A stretch of DNA of 64,000 nucleotides. It comes from Synechococcus sp. GTDB lineage: Bacteria; Cyanobacteriota; Cyanobacteriia; PCC-6307; Cyanobiaceae. Positions 27,960-37,611 of this stretch are shown here, one piece after another. Position 1 is the stretch's first letter. Each line of letters begins with the position of its first letter. A program made the position numbers and the translations under genes. The stretch spans positions 128,001-192,000 of the forward strand of contig JBJBEO010000001.1 in NCBI GenBank assembly GCA_047284725.1. Direction: 5' to 3'. A model generated the notes under the pieces. That model was not told where the DNA came from. It ran no database searches and saw only the letters and a program-made list of their open reading frames with translations.

Positions 27960-29086
27960 TGACGCCGCCACCCGCTGCTGACGGGGGACTGCCTGCCCGC
28001 CCGGATGTGGAGCGCCTGCGGGCCTACAGCGCTCCACTGGAGGGGCGACGCGGCATGCTTCGCCTCGATTTCAACGAGAACACGGTGGGCCCCAGCCCCC
28101 GGGTGGTGGAGGCCCTGCGGGCGATCCCGGCGGAGGAACTCGCTGTCTACCCCGAGTACGACGGCCTGCGGGAAGCGGTGGTCGCCAACCTCACCGCGGC
28201 CCCGGTGGGCCTCGCCCATCCCCTGGTTGCCGCCAATATCGGCGTCTTCAACGGCGTCGACGCGGCGATTCACGCCGTTCTGCACGCCTACGGCGCGGCC
28301 GGCGACACCCTGCTCACCACCAGCCCCACCTTTGGCTACTACGCCCCCTGCGCCGGCATGCAGGGGATGACGATCGAGGCGGTGCCCCACGCGATGCCGG
28401 GGTTCGTCTTTCCACTGGAGGGGATCCGTGAGGCCTTGGCGCGACGTCCCCGGGTGCTGATGCTCTGCAACCCCAACAACCCCACGGGCACCCGTCTGGC
28501 TCCTGAATGCGTGCTCCAGCTGGCCGCCTCGGCGCCCCATACGCTCGTGGTGGTGGATGAGCTCTATGAAGCCTTCACCGGCGACAGCGTCCTCCCCAGC
28601 GCCGATCTCAATGCCCTGCCCAACCTGCTGGTGTTGCGCTCCCTCGCCAAGACCGCCGGGCTGGCGGGGCTGCGCATCGGTTTCGCCATCGGCCATGCCG
28701 ATGTGGTCGATCGCGTCAGCCGCGTCACCGGCCCCTACGACGTCAACAGCCTGGCGGTCACCGCGGCCTTCGCCGCCCTGGGGGATCAGGCCTACACCGA
28801 CGACTACGTGGCGGAGGTGTTACGGGCGCGTGATTGGCTCGCAACGGCACTGACGCGAGCTGGTGTGTCCCACCACGCCGATGGTGGCAACTACCTGCTG
28901 GTCTGGCCAAGCCGTGATGCGGCTGCGGTGGAGGCGGAGCTGCGGGCGGCCGGCATCCTGGTGCGCTCCATGGCCGGCAAGCCCCAGATCGACGGGGCGC
29001 TGCGGGTCAGCGTCGGCACCATGGAGCAGATGCAGCGCTTCTGGGAGACGTATCAGCAGGTGGACGGTCTTGGCCGTGCCGTCTGA
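27959..29086 (+). CDS. histidinol-phosphate aminotransferase-like PLP enzyme (HisC/CobD family)
   Basis: LDFNEN, CNPNNPTG, VVDELY, RSLAKTAGLAGLRIG. Confidence 0.9.
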   Translation: MTPPPAADGGLPARPDVERLRAYSAPLEGRRGMLRLDFNENTVGPSPRVVEALRAIPAEELAVYPEYDGLREAVVANLTAAPVGLAHPLVAANIGVFNGVDAAIHAVLHAYGAAGDTLLTTSPTFGYYAPCAGMQGMTIEAVPHAMPGFVFPLEGIREALARRPRVLMLCNPNNPTGTRLAPECVLQLAASAPHTLVVVDELYEAFTGDSVLPSADLNALPNLLVLRSLAKTAGLAGLRIGFAIGHADVVDRVSRVTGPYDVNSLAVTAAFAALGDQAYTDDYVAEVLRARDWLATALTRAGVSHHADGGNYLLVWPSRDAAAVEAELRAAGILVRSMAGKPQIDGALRVSVGTMEQMQRFWETYQQVDGLGRAV

Positions 29087-30077
29087 TCAGCCGTCGCTCC
29101 TCTTGCTGACCACCGGTGGCACCATTGCCGGCCGCGGTGACGGCAGCACCAGGCTTAACACCTATGCCGCCGGAGCCTTGCGGGGGGAGGAGCTGTTGGC
29201 GGCCGTGCCGGAGCTGCAGCAGGTGGCCACGATCCGCGTGATCAGCGTGGCCGACGTCGACAGTGCCGATCTGCAGTTCACCCACTGGACGGCGCTGGTG
29301 CACTGCATTCGTGAGGCCTTTGCGGCGGATCCTTCCCTGGCCGGGATTGTGATCACCCATGGCACCAACACCCTGGAGGAAACGGCCTGGCTGTTGGAGC
29401 TGGTGATTGAGGATCCGCGCCCTGTGGTGCTGGTCGGTGCGATGCGACCGGCCACGGCCCTCAGTGCCGATGGCCCGCTGAACCTGTTTCAGGCGGCGCA
29501 GGTGGCGGTCAGTGCCCGCGCCCGGGGGGTGCTGGTGGTGATGGATGGTGAGATCCATGGGGCCCAGGCCGTCACCAAGGTGGCGACCCAGGGGGTGGGA
29601 GCGTTCCGCAGTCCCGGCCGGGGACCGCTGGGATGGGTCGACGATGCGGGTGTGCATCTGCCCAGTGCCGCGGCAGAGCGACCGGTGCCGTTCGCTGGTC
29701 TGGCGTTGCCGGCGCAGTGGCCCCAGGTCGCCATCCTTCAGGGCTGTGTGGATCCGCCGGCGGCGCTGATTCCCGCCTTGCTGCAGGCCGGGGTGGAGGG
29801 ACTGGTGTTCACGGGCACCGGGGCCGGTCAGCTGTCGGCGGTTGAACGCACGGCGCTGGCGCAGTGGTCAGGCTCCCTGCCGCTGATGCTGCGGGCCAAT
29901 CGCTGCGGCTCCGGGCCCGTGCATCACTGCGATGAGCATGGCCAGCTTGGCCTGATGCCCGCCGGTTCGCTCAGCCCCCAGAAAGCCCGGGTGCTGCTTC
30001 TGCTGGCCTTGATTGCTGGTCAGGATCATGAGGCCCTGGAGCGGATGCTGCAGGGCGTGCTCGGCCTGGTGCCCTGA
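29076..30077 (+). CDS. asparaginase/glutaminase family protein
   Basis: TTGGTIAG, HGTNTLEETA, GAMRP, SADGP, LSPQKAR; GTG start overlaps the upstream gene. Confidence 0.88.
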   Translation: MPSDQPSLLLLTTGGTIAGRGDGSTRLNTYAAGALRGEELLAAVPELQQVATIRVISVADVDSADLQFTHWTALVHCIREAFAADPSLAGIVITHGTNTLEETAWLLELVIEDPRPVVLVGAMRPATALSADGPLNLFQAAQVAVSARARGVLVVMDGEIHGAQAVTKVATQGVGAFRSPGRGPLGWVDDAGVHLPSAAAERPVPFAGLALPAQWPQVAILQGCVDPPAALIPALLQAGVEGLVFTGTGAGQLSAVERTALAQWSGSLPLMLRANRCGSGPVHHCDEHGQLGLMPAGSLSPQKARVLLLLALIAGQDHEALERMLQGVLGLVP

Positions 30078-30081
30078 AGGA

Positions 30082-30819
30082 TCAGCGCATCACATTGATC
30101 TCTGTGCTGTCGCCGAGGCTGGCCGGCAGATTGAGGCTGGTGCCCCCCCGCTTCACGGTGGTGCCGCCCATGGCATCGAGGAAGGGTTGCACGTCGGTTT
30201 GATCGCAGGTCGCCGGAGTGGTGCCGCTCACGTACTGCACGGGAATGACCCGGCGGGGATTGAGGGCCTTGACCACCGCGGCGGCTTCCTCGCCGTTGTA
30301 CACCTTGCCGCCGCCACCGACGCCGATGATCAGCACATCCGGGCGTCCCAGCAGCACCTTGTCGTCGCCGCTCAGATCAGCGGCGGTGCCCCCCAGATGC
30401 GCGAAGCTCAGGCCCCCCTGCTGCCATCGCCACAGCGTCGACTGTCCATAGCGGCGGCCCCCGATGCGGTCATGGGGTGCGCCGAAGCCTTCGAGCGTGA
30501 GCCCCCCGACCCGGTAGGAGCCAGGCTTCACCAGAAACGTCCCCTTGGCGACGCGAGCCCCTTCATCGGGGAGTTCTGAGCTGGCAAGGATCACCGAGGC
30601 GCTGACCCGGGGTTCCGCCAAGCCCGCGGCGCAGCCCACGGCTTTGAAGGGGTTCACCAGCACCGATTGGCCGCCGCCTCGGATCAGCAGCGCGCTGTGG
30701 CCATAGCTGGTGATCGAGACGCCGCCCGCGTGCACCGGCAGCACGGCCATCAGACTGAGGGAGGTTCCAAGCACGACCGCTGCGGATCGGCGGGCCGGGG
30801 TCAGCTGACGGGCGGGCAT
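30082..30819 (-). CDS. MBL-fold metallo-hydrolase-like protein
   Basis: ITSYGHSALLI, APHDRIGG, FAHLG, PDVLIIGVGG, VIPVQY; signal-peptide-like N-terminus. Confidence 0.8.
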   Translation of the reverse strand: MPARQLTPARRSAAVVLGTSLSLMAVLPVHAGGVSITSYGHSALLIRGGGQSVLVNPFKAVGCAAGLAEPRVSASVILASSELPDEGARVAKGTFLVKPGSYRVGGLTLEGFGAPHDRIGGRRYGQSTLWRWQQGGLSFAHLGGTAADLSGDDKVLLGRPDVLIIGVGGGGKVYNGEEAAAVVKALNPRRVIPVQYVSGTTPATCDQTDVQPFLDAMGGTTVKRGGTSLNLPASLGDSTEINVMR

Positions 30820-30867
30820 GAAGGGAACCGGACGGGCTCTGGAAGCTAGCAGTGGTGCCTGATCGCT

Positions 30868-31464
30868 TCAGCTGGCCTCCGCCTGGCGCAGGAAGTTGGC
30901 CAGCAACTGGTGGCCGGATTCGGTGAGCACGCTTTCCGGGTGGAACTGCACGCCCTGCAGATGGGGATAGTCGCGATGCCGCAGGCCCATCACCATGCCG
31001 TCGTCGAGCCAGGCGGTCACCTCGAGGCATGGGGGCAGGCTGTCGCGGTCCGCGACAAGGCTGTGGTACCTGGTGGCTGTCAGGGGCTGGGGCAAGCCAG
31101 CGAACACCCCTTCCCCCTTGTGCAGCACAGGGGAGGTTTTGCCGTGCATCAGTTCAGGGGCTCGCACCACCCGACCGCCGTACACCTGCGCCAGGGCTTG
31201 ATGACCGAGGCAGACGCCGAGGGTGGGCACGGTGGGAGACACCTCCCGCAGCACATCGAGGCACACCCCCGACTGGTCGGGATCCCCTGGGCCGGGTGAC
31301 AGCAGAATGGCTTCGGGCTTCAGCGCGCGGATCTCCTCAAGGGAGAGGGCGTCGTTGCGCTCCACCCGCAGATCGGCGGCCACCGGGTGCTGACTGGCGA
31401 GCTCCCCTAGGTACTGCACCAGGTTGAAGGTGAAGCTGTCGTAGTTGTCGATGACCAGAAGCAT
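30868..31464 (-). CDS. trpG: anthranilate/aminodeoxychorismate synthase component II
   Basis: IDNYDSFTFNL, SPGPG, GVCLGHQ, RYHSL, QFHPES. Confidence 0.93.
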   Translation of the reverse strand: MLLVIDNYDSFTFNLVQYLGELASQHPVAADLRVERNDALSLEEIRALKPEAILLSPGPGDPDQSGVCLDVLREVSPTVPTLGVCLGHQALAQVYGGRVVRAPELMHGKTSPVLHKGEGVFAGLPQPLTATRYHSLVADRDSLPPCLEVTAWLDDGMVMGLRHRDYPHLQGVQFHPESVLTESGHQLLANFLRQAEAS

Positions 31465-31472
31465 GGCGCCGA

Positions 31473-31919
31473 TTATCCCTGAAGGCGTTCCAGCAGTGGT
31501 GGCAGCAGCAGCAGTCCGGCGATCAGCATCGAACTGATGGCGGCCACCAGCACCGCCGCCGCCGCACAGTCCTTGGCGATGCGGGCCAGGGGATGGAAAC
31601 GACGGCCGATGGCCAGATCCACCACCGCTTCGATGGCGGTGTTGAGCAGTTCCAGCACCAGCACGGCCGCCACGGTGAGCACCAACACGGCCAGTTTGAG
31701 CAAGCCCAGCTGCAGCCAGACCCCCAGGCCGAACACCACCACACCGGTGAACACATGGATGCGGAAATTCCGCTGGCTGATGAAGCCATAGCCCAGGCCC
31801 TGGGCGGCATAGCGGAAGCTGGCAGGAAGATCGCCGGCAATGGCCCAGGCGCCGCGATGGGCGGCATGGCGGGCCGCTCTGCGGGCTTGTGTCGGGCTGG
31901 AGTGGCTGAGATTCTCCAT
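31473..31919 (-). CDS. dgkA: diacylglycerol kinase family protein
   Basis: SFRYAAQG, QRNFRIH, ELLNTAIEAVVD, AKDCAAAAV. Confidence 0.9.
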   Translation of the reverse strand: MENLSHSSPTQARRAARHAAHRGAWAIAGDLPASFRYAAQGLGYGFISQRNFRIHVFTGVVVFGLGVWLQLGLLKLAVLVLTVAAVLVLELLNTAIEAVVDLAIGRRFHPLARIAKDCAAAAVLVAAISSMLIAGLLLLPPLLERLQG

Positions 31920-31935
31920 CACCGGCACCTGCTCT

Positions 31936-32556
31936 TCAGAGGGCTGCAGTGGATTCTGCAGTTGTGTCACAGCCTCCCTCTCCAATGCCCTGAACCCTAC
32001 CGCTGCAGTCCAGCAATTGCTCCTGGCACTGCACCATGGCGGCCAGGGCTTGATCGTCCGGGTGATCCCATCCGAGCAGGTGAAGGAAGCCATGGCTCAC
32101 CAGCCAGCGCAGCTCCCTGAGCAGCCCATGGCCATGCTCGATGGCCTGACGCCGTGCTGTCGGCACCGATACAATGATGTCCCCCAGCTCCAGGCATGGG
32201 TCGTCGGTCAGGGGCGGTGCAGCGTCGAGAGCGGCAAACGAGAGCACGTCGGTGGGTTGATCCTTCTGGCGCCAGCTGCCATTCAGCTCAGCAATGGTGG
32301 CGTCATCGGTGAGCTGCAGCCCCAGACTGAAGCTGCGGGCGTTCAGTGCCGGAGCGGGGCAGCTGAGGGCGTGGTGGCTCTGGATCGTCTGCAGCCACAG
32401 CCGCAACTCATCGGCCCAGCCCGTGGGGTCGATCAGGCGTGCCTGGAGGGCGGCGGAGTCGGTGGTGTCACCCACCGCTGCAGGGGCTGGGTCGAAGGCG
32501 AGATCCAGCGCGAGCGTGGCTGTGGCCGGGGGTGACGCGTCGCTGCGGTTGGTCAT
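31936..32556 (-). CDS. ybeY: rRNA maturation endoribonuclease YbeY
   Basis: PTDVLSF, LGDIIVS, HGFLHLLGWDH. Confidence 0.93.
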   Translation of the reverse strand: MTNRSDASPPATATLALDLAFDPAPAAVGDTTDSAALQARLIDPTGWADELRLWLQTIQSHHALSCPAPALNARSFSLGLQLTDDATIAELNGSWRQKDQPTDVLSFAALDAAPPLTDDPCLELGDIIVSVPTARRQAIEHGHGLLRELRWLVSHGFLHLLGWDHPDDQALAAMVQCQEQLLDCSGRVQGIGEGGCDTTAESTAAL

Positions 32557-32738
32557 TGCGGCAGGGTCGGTCTGCCGAGCCAGGCCACCAGCACGATGAA
32601 GCCGAGGAAGCCCATCGCTGTCAGGCCGAAGTGCAACAGGCTTTTGCGGCCTTTGCGCACCATGTTGCGCATCGCCTGCTTCACAAAGCTCGGCGGTGGC
32701 GTGGTGGTGTCTGATGCAGGCGGGGTGGTGTCGCTCAT
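32553..32738 (-). CDS. DUF3285 family small membrane protein
   Basis: PSFVKQAMRNMVRKGRKSLLHF followed by one TM segment. Confidence 0.8.
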   Translation of the reverse strand: MSDTTPPASDTTTPPPSFVKQAMRNMVRKGRKSLLHFGLTAMGFLGFIVLVAWLGRPTLPQ

Positions 32739-32741
32739 GGA

Positions 32742-33870
32742 TCAAGCCTCATCGTCGCGGCCGGGGCTGTCGACACCCTGGCGCAGCAGTGCCTGGATGA
32801 AGGGATCGAGATCCCCATCCATCACGCCCTGCACATCGGTGGTCTCCTCCTGCGTGCGCAGATCCTTGACCATCTGGTAAGGATGGAACACGTAGTTGCG
32901 GATCTGATTGCCCCAGGCGGCTTCCACGATGTCGCCGCGGATATCGGCAATTTCCGCAGCCCGCTGCTCCTGGGCGATCACCAGCAGCTTGGCCTTGAGC
33001 AGGGCCATCGCTTTTTCCTTGTTCTGCAGCTGGGAACGCTCCTGGGTGCAGCGCACGGCCAGACCGGTGGGGATGTGCAGGATCCGCACAGCCGTTTCCA
33101 CCTTGTTCACGTTCTGACCACCCGCACCGCCGGAGCGGCTGGTGGTCACCTCCAGATCCTTTTCGGGGATGTCGATATCGACTTCCTCCTCCAGTTTCGG
33201 CATCACCTCCACGCCCGCAAAGCTGGTCTGGCGCTTGTCGTTGGCGTTGAAGGGGGAGATGCGCACCAGCCGGTGGGTGCCCTTCTCATTGCGCAGGTAG
33301 CCGTAGGCATAGCGCCCTTCGATTTCAATCGTGGCGCTCTTGATGCCGGCTTCCTCACCCTCGGAGAGTTCGTCCACGCTCACCTTCATGCCGTGGTCTT
33401 CGGCCCAGCGGGTGTACATGCGCAGCAGCATCTGGGCCCAGTCCTGGGCGTCGGTGCCGCCGGCACCGGCATTGATGGAGAGCACAACGCCCTCCTTGTC
33501 GTACTCGCCACTGAGCAGCCGTTCCAGTTCCCACCGGTCGAGGTCGCTGCGCAGCTGGTCGAGTCCGCCCTGGGCTTCGCCCAGCATCTCGTCATCGGGC
33601 TCCAAGGCGTAGAGCTCGAGGGTGGCGTCCGCGTCGTCAACGGCACTGCGCCACTGCGCCAGTTGTTCCAACTGGGCTTTCACCTCGTCGAGGCGACGCA
33701 TCTGTTTCTGAGCGTTCTGCTGGTCGTCCCAGAAATCAGGTTGTGCAGCGAGTTGTTCGAGATCCTGCTGTCTGGCTTTCAGTGCAGGAACGTCAAAGAC
33801 AGTCCTGGGCATTGCCCAGGCGGTCAGTGAGCTCGGAGAGGTCGCGCTTGAAGTCGGTGAGGTCGAGCAA
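32742..33870 (-). CDS. prfB: peptide chain release factor 2, with programmed +1 frameshift
   Basis: SPF and GGQ motifs; TTG start at 33870 gives [25 protein letters not shown], then CTT TGA C, continuing +1 as DVPALKAR. Confidence 0.96.
33792..33807 (-). promoter_or_regulatory. prfB frameshift site
   Basis: CAGGAC TGT CTT TGA C on the minus strand: slippery CTT-TGA with an SD-like AGGA just upstream. Confidence 0.9.
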
Positions 33871-33949
33871 CGGAGGGTTGATCTGTTGGATCGACGCTAT
33901 CAGCGTGGTCGGCCTGCATAGGATCGCCGCTTCGCTGCATTCAGCTCCC

Positions 33950-34210
33950 ATGGCCAAGGTTGAGATCTACACCTGGAGCACCTGTCCGTTCTGCGTCCGG
34001 GCCAAGGGGCTGCTGGATCGCAAGGGTGTGGCCTACACCGAACACAGCGTCGATGGCGACGAACCAGGCCGTGATGCGATGGCTGCCCGCGGCGATGGAC
34101 GTCGGAGCGTGCCTCAGGTGTTCATCAACGACAGCCATGTCGGTGGCTGTGATGATCTCCATGCCCTGGAGCGCTCTGGAGAGCTCGATGCCCTGCTGGC
34201 CCAGAGCTGA
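33950..34210 (+). CDS. grxC: glutaredoxin 3
   Basis: CPFC, SVPQVFI, GGCDDL. Confidence 0.95.
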   Translation: MAKVEIYTWSTCPFCVRAKGLLDRKGVAYTEHSVDGDEPGRDAMAARGDGRRSVPQVFINDSHVGGCDDLHALERSGELDALLAQS

Positions 34211-34219
34211 GGGCCTGTG

Positions 34220-35143
34220 ATGCGTCAGTTGTTTGTGATGGATCCGCTGGAGCGGATCAACCCGGCCAAGGACTCCACCGCCGCACTGATGCAGGCCGCA
34301 CAACGGGCCGGCCATGAGGTGTGGGCCTCAACGCCTTCGGATCTGATCGCTCTTGGTGACGAGCCGCTCGCCGTTGCCGTGCCTGTTCAGGCGGAACCCT
34401 GGCTCACGCTCGGGGCCCCCAAGCGCCAGCAGCTCCACAGCTTTGATGCGATCTGGATGCGCAAGGACCCGCCCGTTGATGAGGCGTACCTCTACGCCAC
34501 GCACCTGCTGGAGGTGGCGGAGCGTGCCGGAGCCTTGGTGCTCAATCGCCCGTCGTCGCTGCGCAGTTGGAACGAGAAGCTGGGCGCCCTGCGCTTCAGC
34601 CGTTGGATGGCTCCCACCCTGGTGGCGGGACGCATCTCGGAATTGGAGGCCTTCGCCCATGAGCAGGGTGAGGTGGTGCTCAAGCCCCTGGGGGGGCGTG
34701 CAGGCCTCGGGGTGGTGCGCGTCTCGGCGCAGGCACCGGGTCTGGGGGCCCTGCTGGAACTCGTCACCGAGCAGGGCCGTTTGCCGGTGATGGCTCAGCG
34801 TTTTCTCCCCTCGGTCACCGATGGTGACAAGCGCATCCTGTTGGTGGATGGAGAACCGCTGGGGGCTGTGAACCGGAAGCCCAGGCAAGGGGAGTTCCGC
34901 AGCAACCTGGCGGTGGGGGGGCATCCAGAAGCCACTGAGCTCAGCGAGCGTGAACGTCAGATCTGCGCGGCTCTGGCCCCGGCCCTGCGGGCGGAGGGGC
35001 TGTTCTTCGTGGGCATCGATGTGATCGGCGGCATGCTCAGTGAGATCAATGTCACCAGTCCCACCGGCATCCGCGAGGTGGAGCGGTTGATGGCGGAACC
35101 CTTAGCGGATCGGGTGATCGAGCGCCTGGTGGCCCTGCGCTGA
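34220..35143 (+). CDS. gshB: glutathione synthetase
   Basis: [43 protein letters not shown]. Confidence 0.96.
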   Translation: MRQLFVMDPLERINPAKDSTAALMQAAQRAGHEVWASTPSDLIALGDEPLAVAVPVQAEPWLTLGAPKRQQLHSFDAIWMRKDPPVDEAYLYATHLLEVAERAGALVLNRPSSLRSWNEKLGALRFSRWMAPTLVAGRISELEAFAHEQGEVVLKPLGGRAGLGVVRVSAQAPGLGALLELVTEQGRLPVMAQRFLPSVTDGDKRILLVDGEPLGAVNRKPRQGEFRSNLAVGGHPEATELSERERQICAALAPALRAEGLFFVGIDVIGGMLSEINVTSPTGIREVERLMAEPLADRVIERLVALR

Positions 35144-36574
35144 CTGCAGGTCGAGCTGATCAGCGAGCACGGCGAGTTTCAGGGCCACCTCCTGAAGCTC
35201 CCGGTCGGGCATCGAGCCGCGGACCAGACCGGCACCGGCGGTGAGATCGAGGCGGTGGCCGCGGGCATGGCCGCAGCGGATCGCCACCCTCAGTTCCGCA
35301 TCGCCGGCGCTGTCGATCCAGCCCACGGGTGCGGCGTAGCCGCCGCGTTCGAACGGTTCGAGGCTTCGCAGCCAGGTCATGGCGTCCCGTCGGGGAAGAC
35401 CGGCCACGGCCGGTGTGGGATGGAGAACGCCGGCCAGGCCGAGGGGTGGATGGTGGTGGGCTGCGGCTGTGATCGGCGTGTGCAGATGCACCAGATGTCC
35501 GTGTCGGGCCAGTTGCGGGCGCCGCGGACGCCTGGGGGTCAGCCCCTGCTCCTGCAGATGCTGTGTGATGGTCTGCACCACCAGCTCATGTTCCCTGCGG
35601 TCCTTGTCGGACTGCAGCAGGGCATCGCCTGATTCCCCCTGGCCGGCGGTGCCGGCCAGGGCATCGCAGCGCAGCTGGCCACTGCGCATGCTCAGCAACC
35701 GTTCGGGCGACGCCCCGAAGAAGACGTCATCGCTGTCGCGCTGCCAGAGAAAGCGACAGCTGCCCGCCTGCTGCTGACGCAGGCGGTTCAGGAGGGGCAG
35801 AGGGTTCAGAGGGTGCTGGAGGGCAATGCTCTGGCGGACGGCCAGCACCAGTTTGTGCAGGTCTCCCTGATTCACGAGTTCGATGCCCCGCTCCAGCGCC
35901 GGTGCGTAGCACTCCTGCCAGGGCATGGCGCTGCTCACCGCTCCGGCAGGGCTTCGCCAGGTCGTGGGGTCGGACGGGTGGGCGTGGGTCTGAAGCCGCT
36001 CACTCAGCCCCCAGAGCGCTTCCACGAGTTCCCGGACATCGCTGCTCTGGCTTGCCATGCCATGGACGCGCAGCCAGCCCTGTCGTCCCTGACGACTCAG
36101 CTGCCAGCGGGGCAGCACCGCCTGAACCGATGGCACGGCATCCGCGGATGCGGCGGGACTGGACCGCTGCTCACCGGGGTGGGCGAAGAAGGAAAAGGCC
36201 AGAAGCACCCGGCTGCGCGCCTGGGCCGGCGCCTCGGGACTGGCATCAATCAGCCGGGCCAGCGTCGCATCGCTGAAGCGCTGGGCCAGTTCAAACCGTC
36301 GGGGGCCGGCCAGGTCGAGGTGATGGCAGCGCCCGCTGGCGGCGAGGCTCAGCCCCGGTGCGCTGTCCCACAGAAACCGGAATGCCTGGCCGGCGTCCAG
36401 CAGGGACATCTGATGCAGGGGGTCGATGCCGGGCAGGGGCACGGCGATGGTGAAGACCCCGTCCTCGCCCTGGTGTTTCTCCCAGGTGCGCAACGCGGCG
36501 GCCAGCACATCCGCGAAGCGGACGTTGGCCGAATTGGAGGCGGAGGCAGCCAGCATCCGTCGTGGATGAGACAT
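35102..36574 (-). CDS. menF: isochorismate synthase
   Basis: [41 protein letters not shown]. Confidence 0.92.
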   Translation of the reverse strand: MSHPRRMLAASASNSANVRFADVLAAALRTWEKHQGEDGVFTIAVPLPGIDPLHQMSLLDAGQAFRFLWDSAPGLSLAASGRCHHLDLAGPRRFELAQRFSDATLARLIDASPEAPAQARSRVLLAFSFFAHPGEQRSSPAASADAVPSVQAVLPRWQLSRQGRQGWLRVHGMASQSSDVRELVEALWGLSERLQTHAHPSDPTTWRSPAGAVSSAMPWQECYAPALERGIELVNQGDLHKLVLAVRQSIALQHPLNPLPLLNRLRQQQAGSCRFLWQRDSDDVFFGASPERLLSMRSGQLRCDALAGTAGQGESGDALLQSDKDRREHELVVQTITQHLQEQGLTPRRPRRPQLARHGHLVHLHTPITAAAHHHPPLGLAGVLHPTPAVAGLPRRDAMTWLRSLEPFERGGYAAPVGWIDSAGDAELRVAIRCGHARGHRLDLTAGAGLVRGSMPDRELQEVALKLAVLADQLDLQSAQGHQALDHPIR

Positions 36575-36624
36575 CGTGCTGCTCAAATGTATGGGCCTTC
36601 CTTCGGGCTGTAGGGCTTGAATCC

Positions 36625-37611
36625 ATGCCAGAACCGCAGGCTGTTGCATCCCTTCACGCCCCGCGCCTTGATCGGAGGCGTCTCTGGAAGGCCGCGATCA
36701 AGTGGCCGATGTACTCCGTGGCCGTGATGCCCGTGCTGCTCGCAGCCGGCTGGCGCCTGATGGCGGGAGTTCCCGTTCGCTGGGATCAGGGGATGGGTTT
36801 CCTTCTGGCGGCCGTGTTGCTGCTGCTGTGGGAGAACCTCAGCAACGATCTCTTTGATGCCGACACCGGTGTCGATGCCATCGGCAAGCCCCATTCCGTC
36901 GTGGCACTGCTGGGTCGCAAGCGGCCCGTGCGGCTGCTGGCCTGGCTGGCACTGGCCCTCGGGCTCCTGCTGATCCTGATGCTGGCGTTGCGCAGCAGCC
37001 TGGCGGTGCTCGCCCTGGTGGGCGTCAGCTGCGTGATCGGCTACCTCTATCAGGGGCCGCCGTTTCGCCTTGGCTACCTGGGCCTGGGAGAGCCCTTGTG
37101 TTGGCTGGCCTTCGGTCCGTTCGCCACCGCCGCAGCGCTGCTGGTGCTGGCCCCTGCCCCATCCTCTGACCCTTCGACCGTGATCCCCTGGGCCGTGGCC
37201 CTCAGGTTGGGGTCCGGCCCGGCCCTGGCCACCAGCCTGGTGCTGTTCTGTTCCCATTTCCATCAGGTGGAGGAGGACGCGGCCCACGGCAAGCGGTCCC
37301 CTGTGGTGCGGTTGGGCACGGCCAGGGCCGCGGCGATGATTCCTTGGTTGGTGGCTGGCACCTTGGCTTTGGAGTGGATGCCGGTGCTCCAGGGCCACTG
37401 GCCCCCTTCCGCCCTGGCTGGCGTTCTCGGCCTCCCGGCCGGGGCGGCACTGATGCGGCTGCTGCGTCACCACCACCACCAACCAGAGCGCATTCAGCAC
37501 AGCAAATTTCTGGCCCTCCGCTTTCAGGCCTTGAACGGTCTTGGCCTCAGTGCTGGTCTGGCGCTGGCTCCTCTGCTGGGATGGACGTCGACGTCACAGC
37601 TGGCGGGGTGA
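36625..37611 (+). CDS. menA: DHNA phytyltransferase
   Basis: AAIKWPMYSVA, NLSNDLFDADTGVD, YQGPPFRLGY, HQVEEDAAHGKRS. Confidence 0.93.
   Translation: MPEPQAVASLHAPRLDRRRLWKAAIKWPMYSVAVMPVLLAAGWRLMAGVPVRWDQGMGFLLAAVLLLLWENLSNDLFDADTGVDAIGKPHSVVALLGRKRPVRLLAWLALALGLLLILMLALRSSLAVLALVGVSCVIGYLYQGPPFRLGYLGLGEPLCWLAFGPFATAAALLVLAPAPSSDPSTVIPWAVALRLGSGPALATSLVLFCSHFHQVEEDAAHGKRSPVVRLGTARAAAMIPWLVAGTLALEWMPVLQGHWPPSALAGVLGLPAGAALMRLLRHHHHQPERIQHSKFLALRFQALNGLGLSAGLALAPLLGWTSTSQLAG

Noticed and set aside
32742..33870. prfB as a frameshifted pseudogene
   Set aside because: The break is the canonical CTT-TGA-C programmed frameshift
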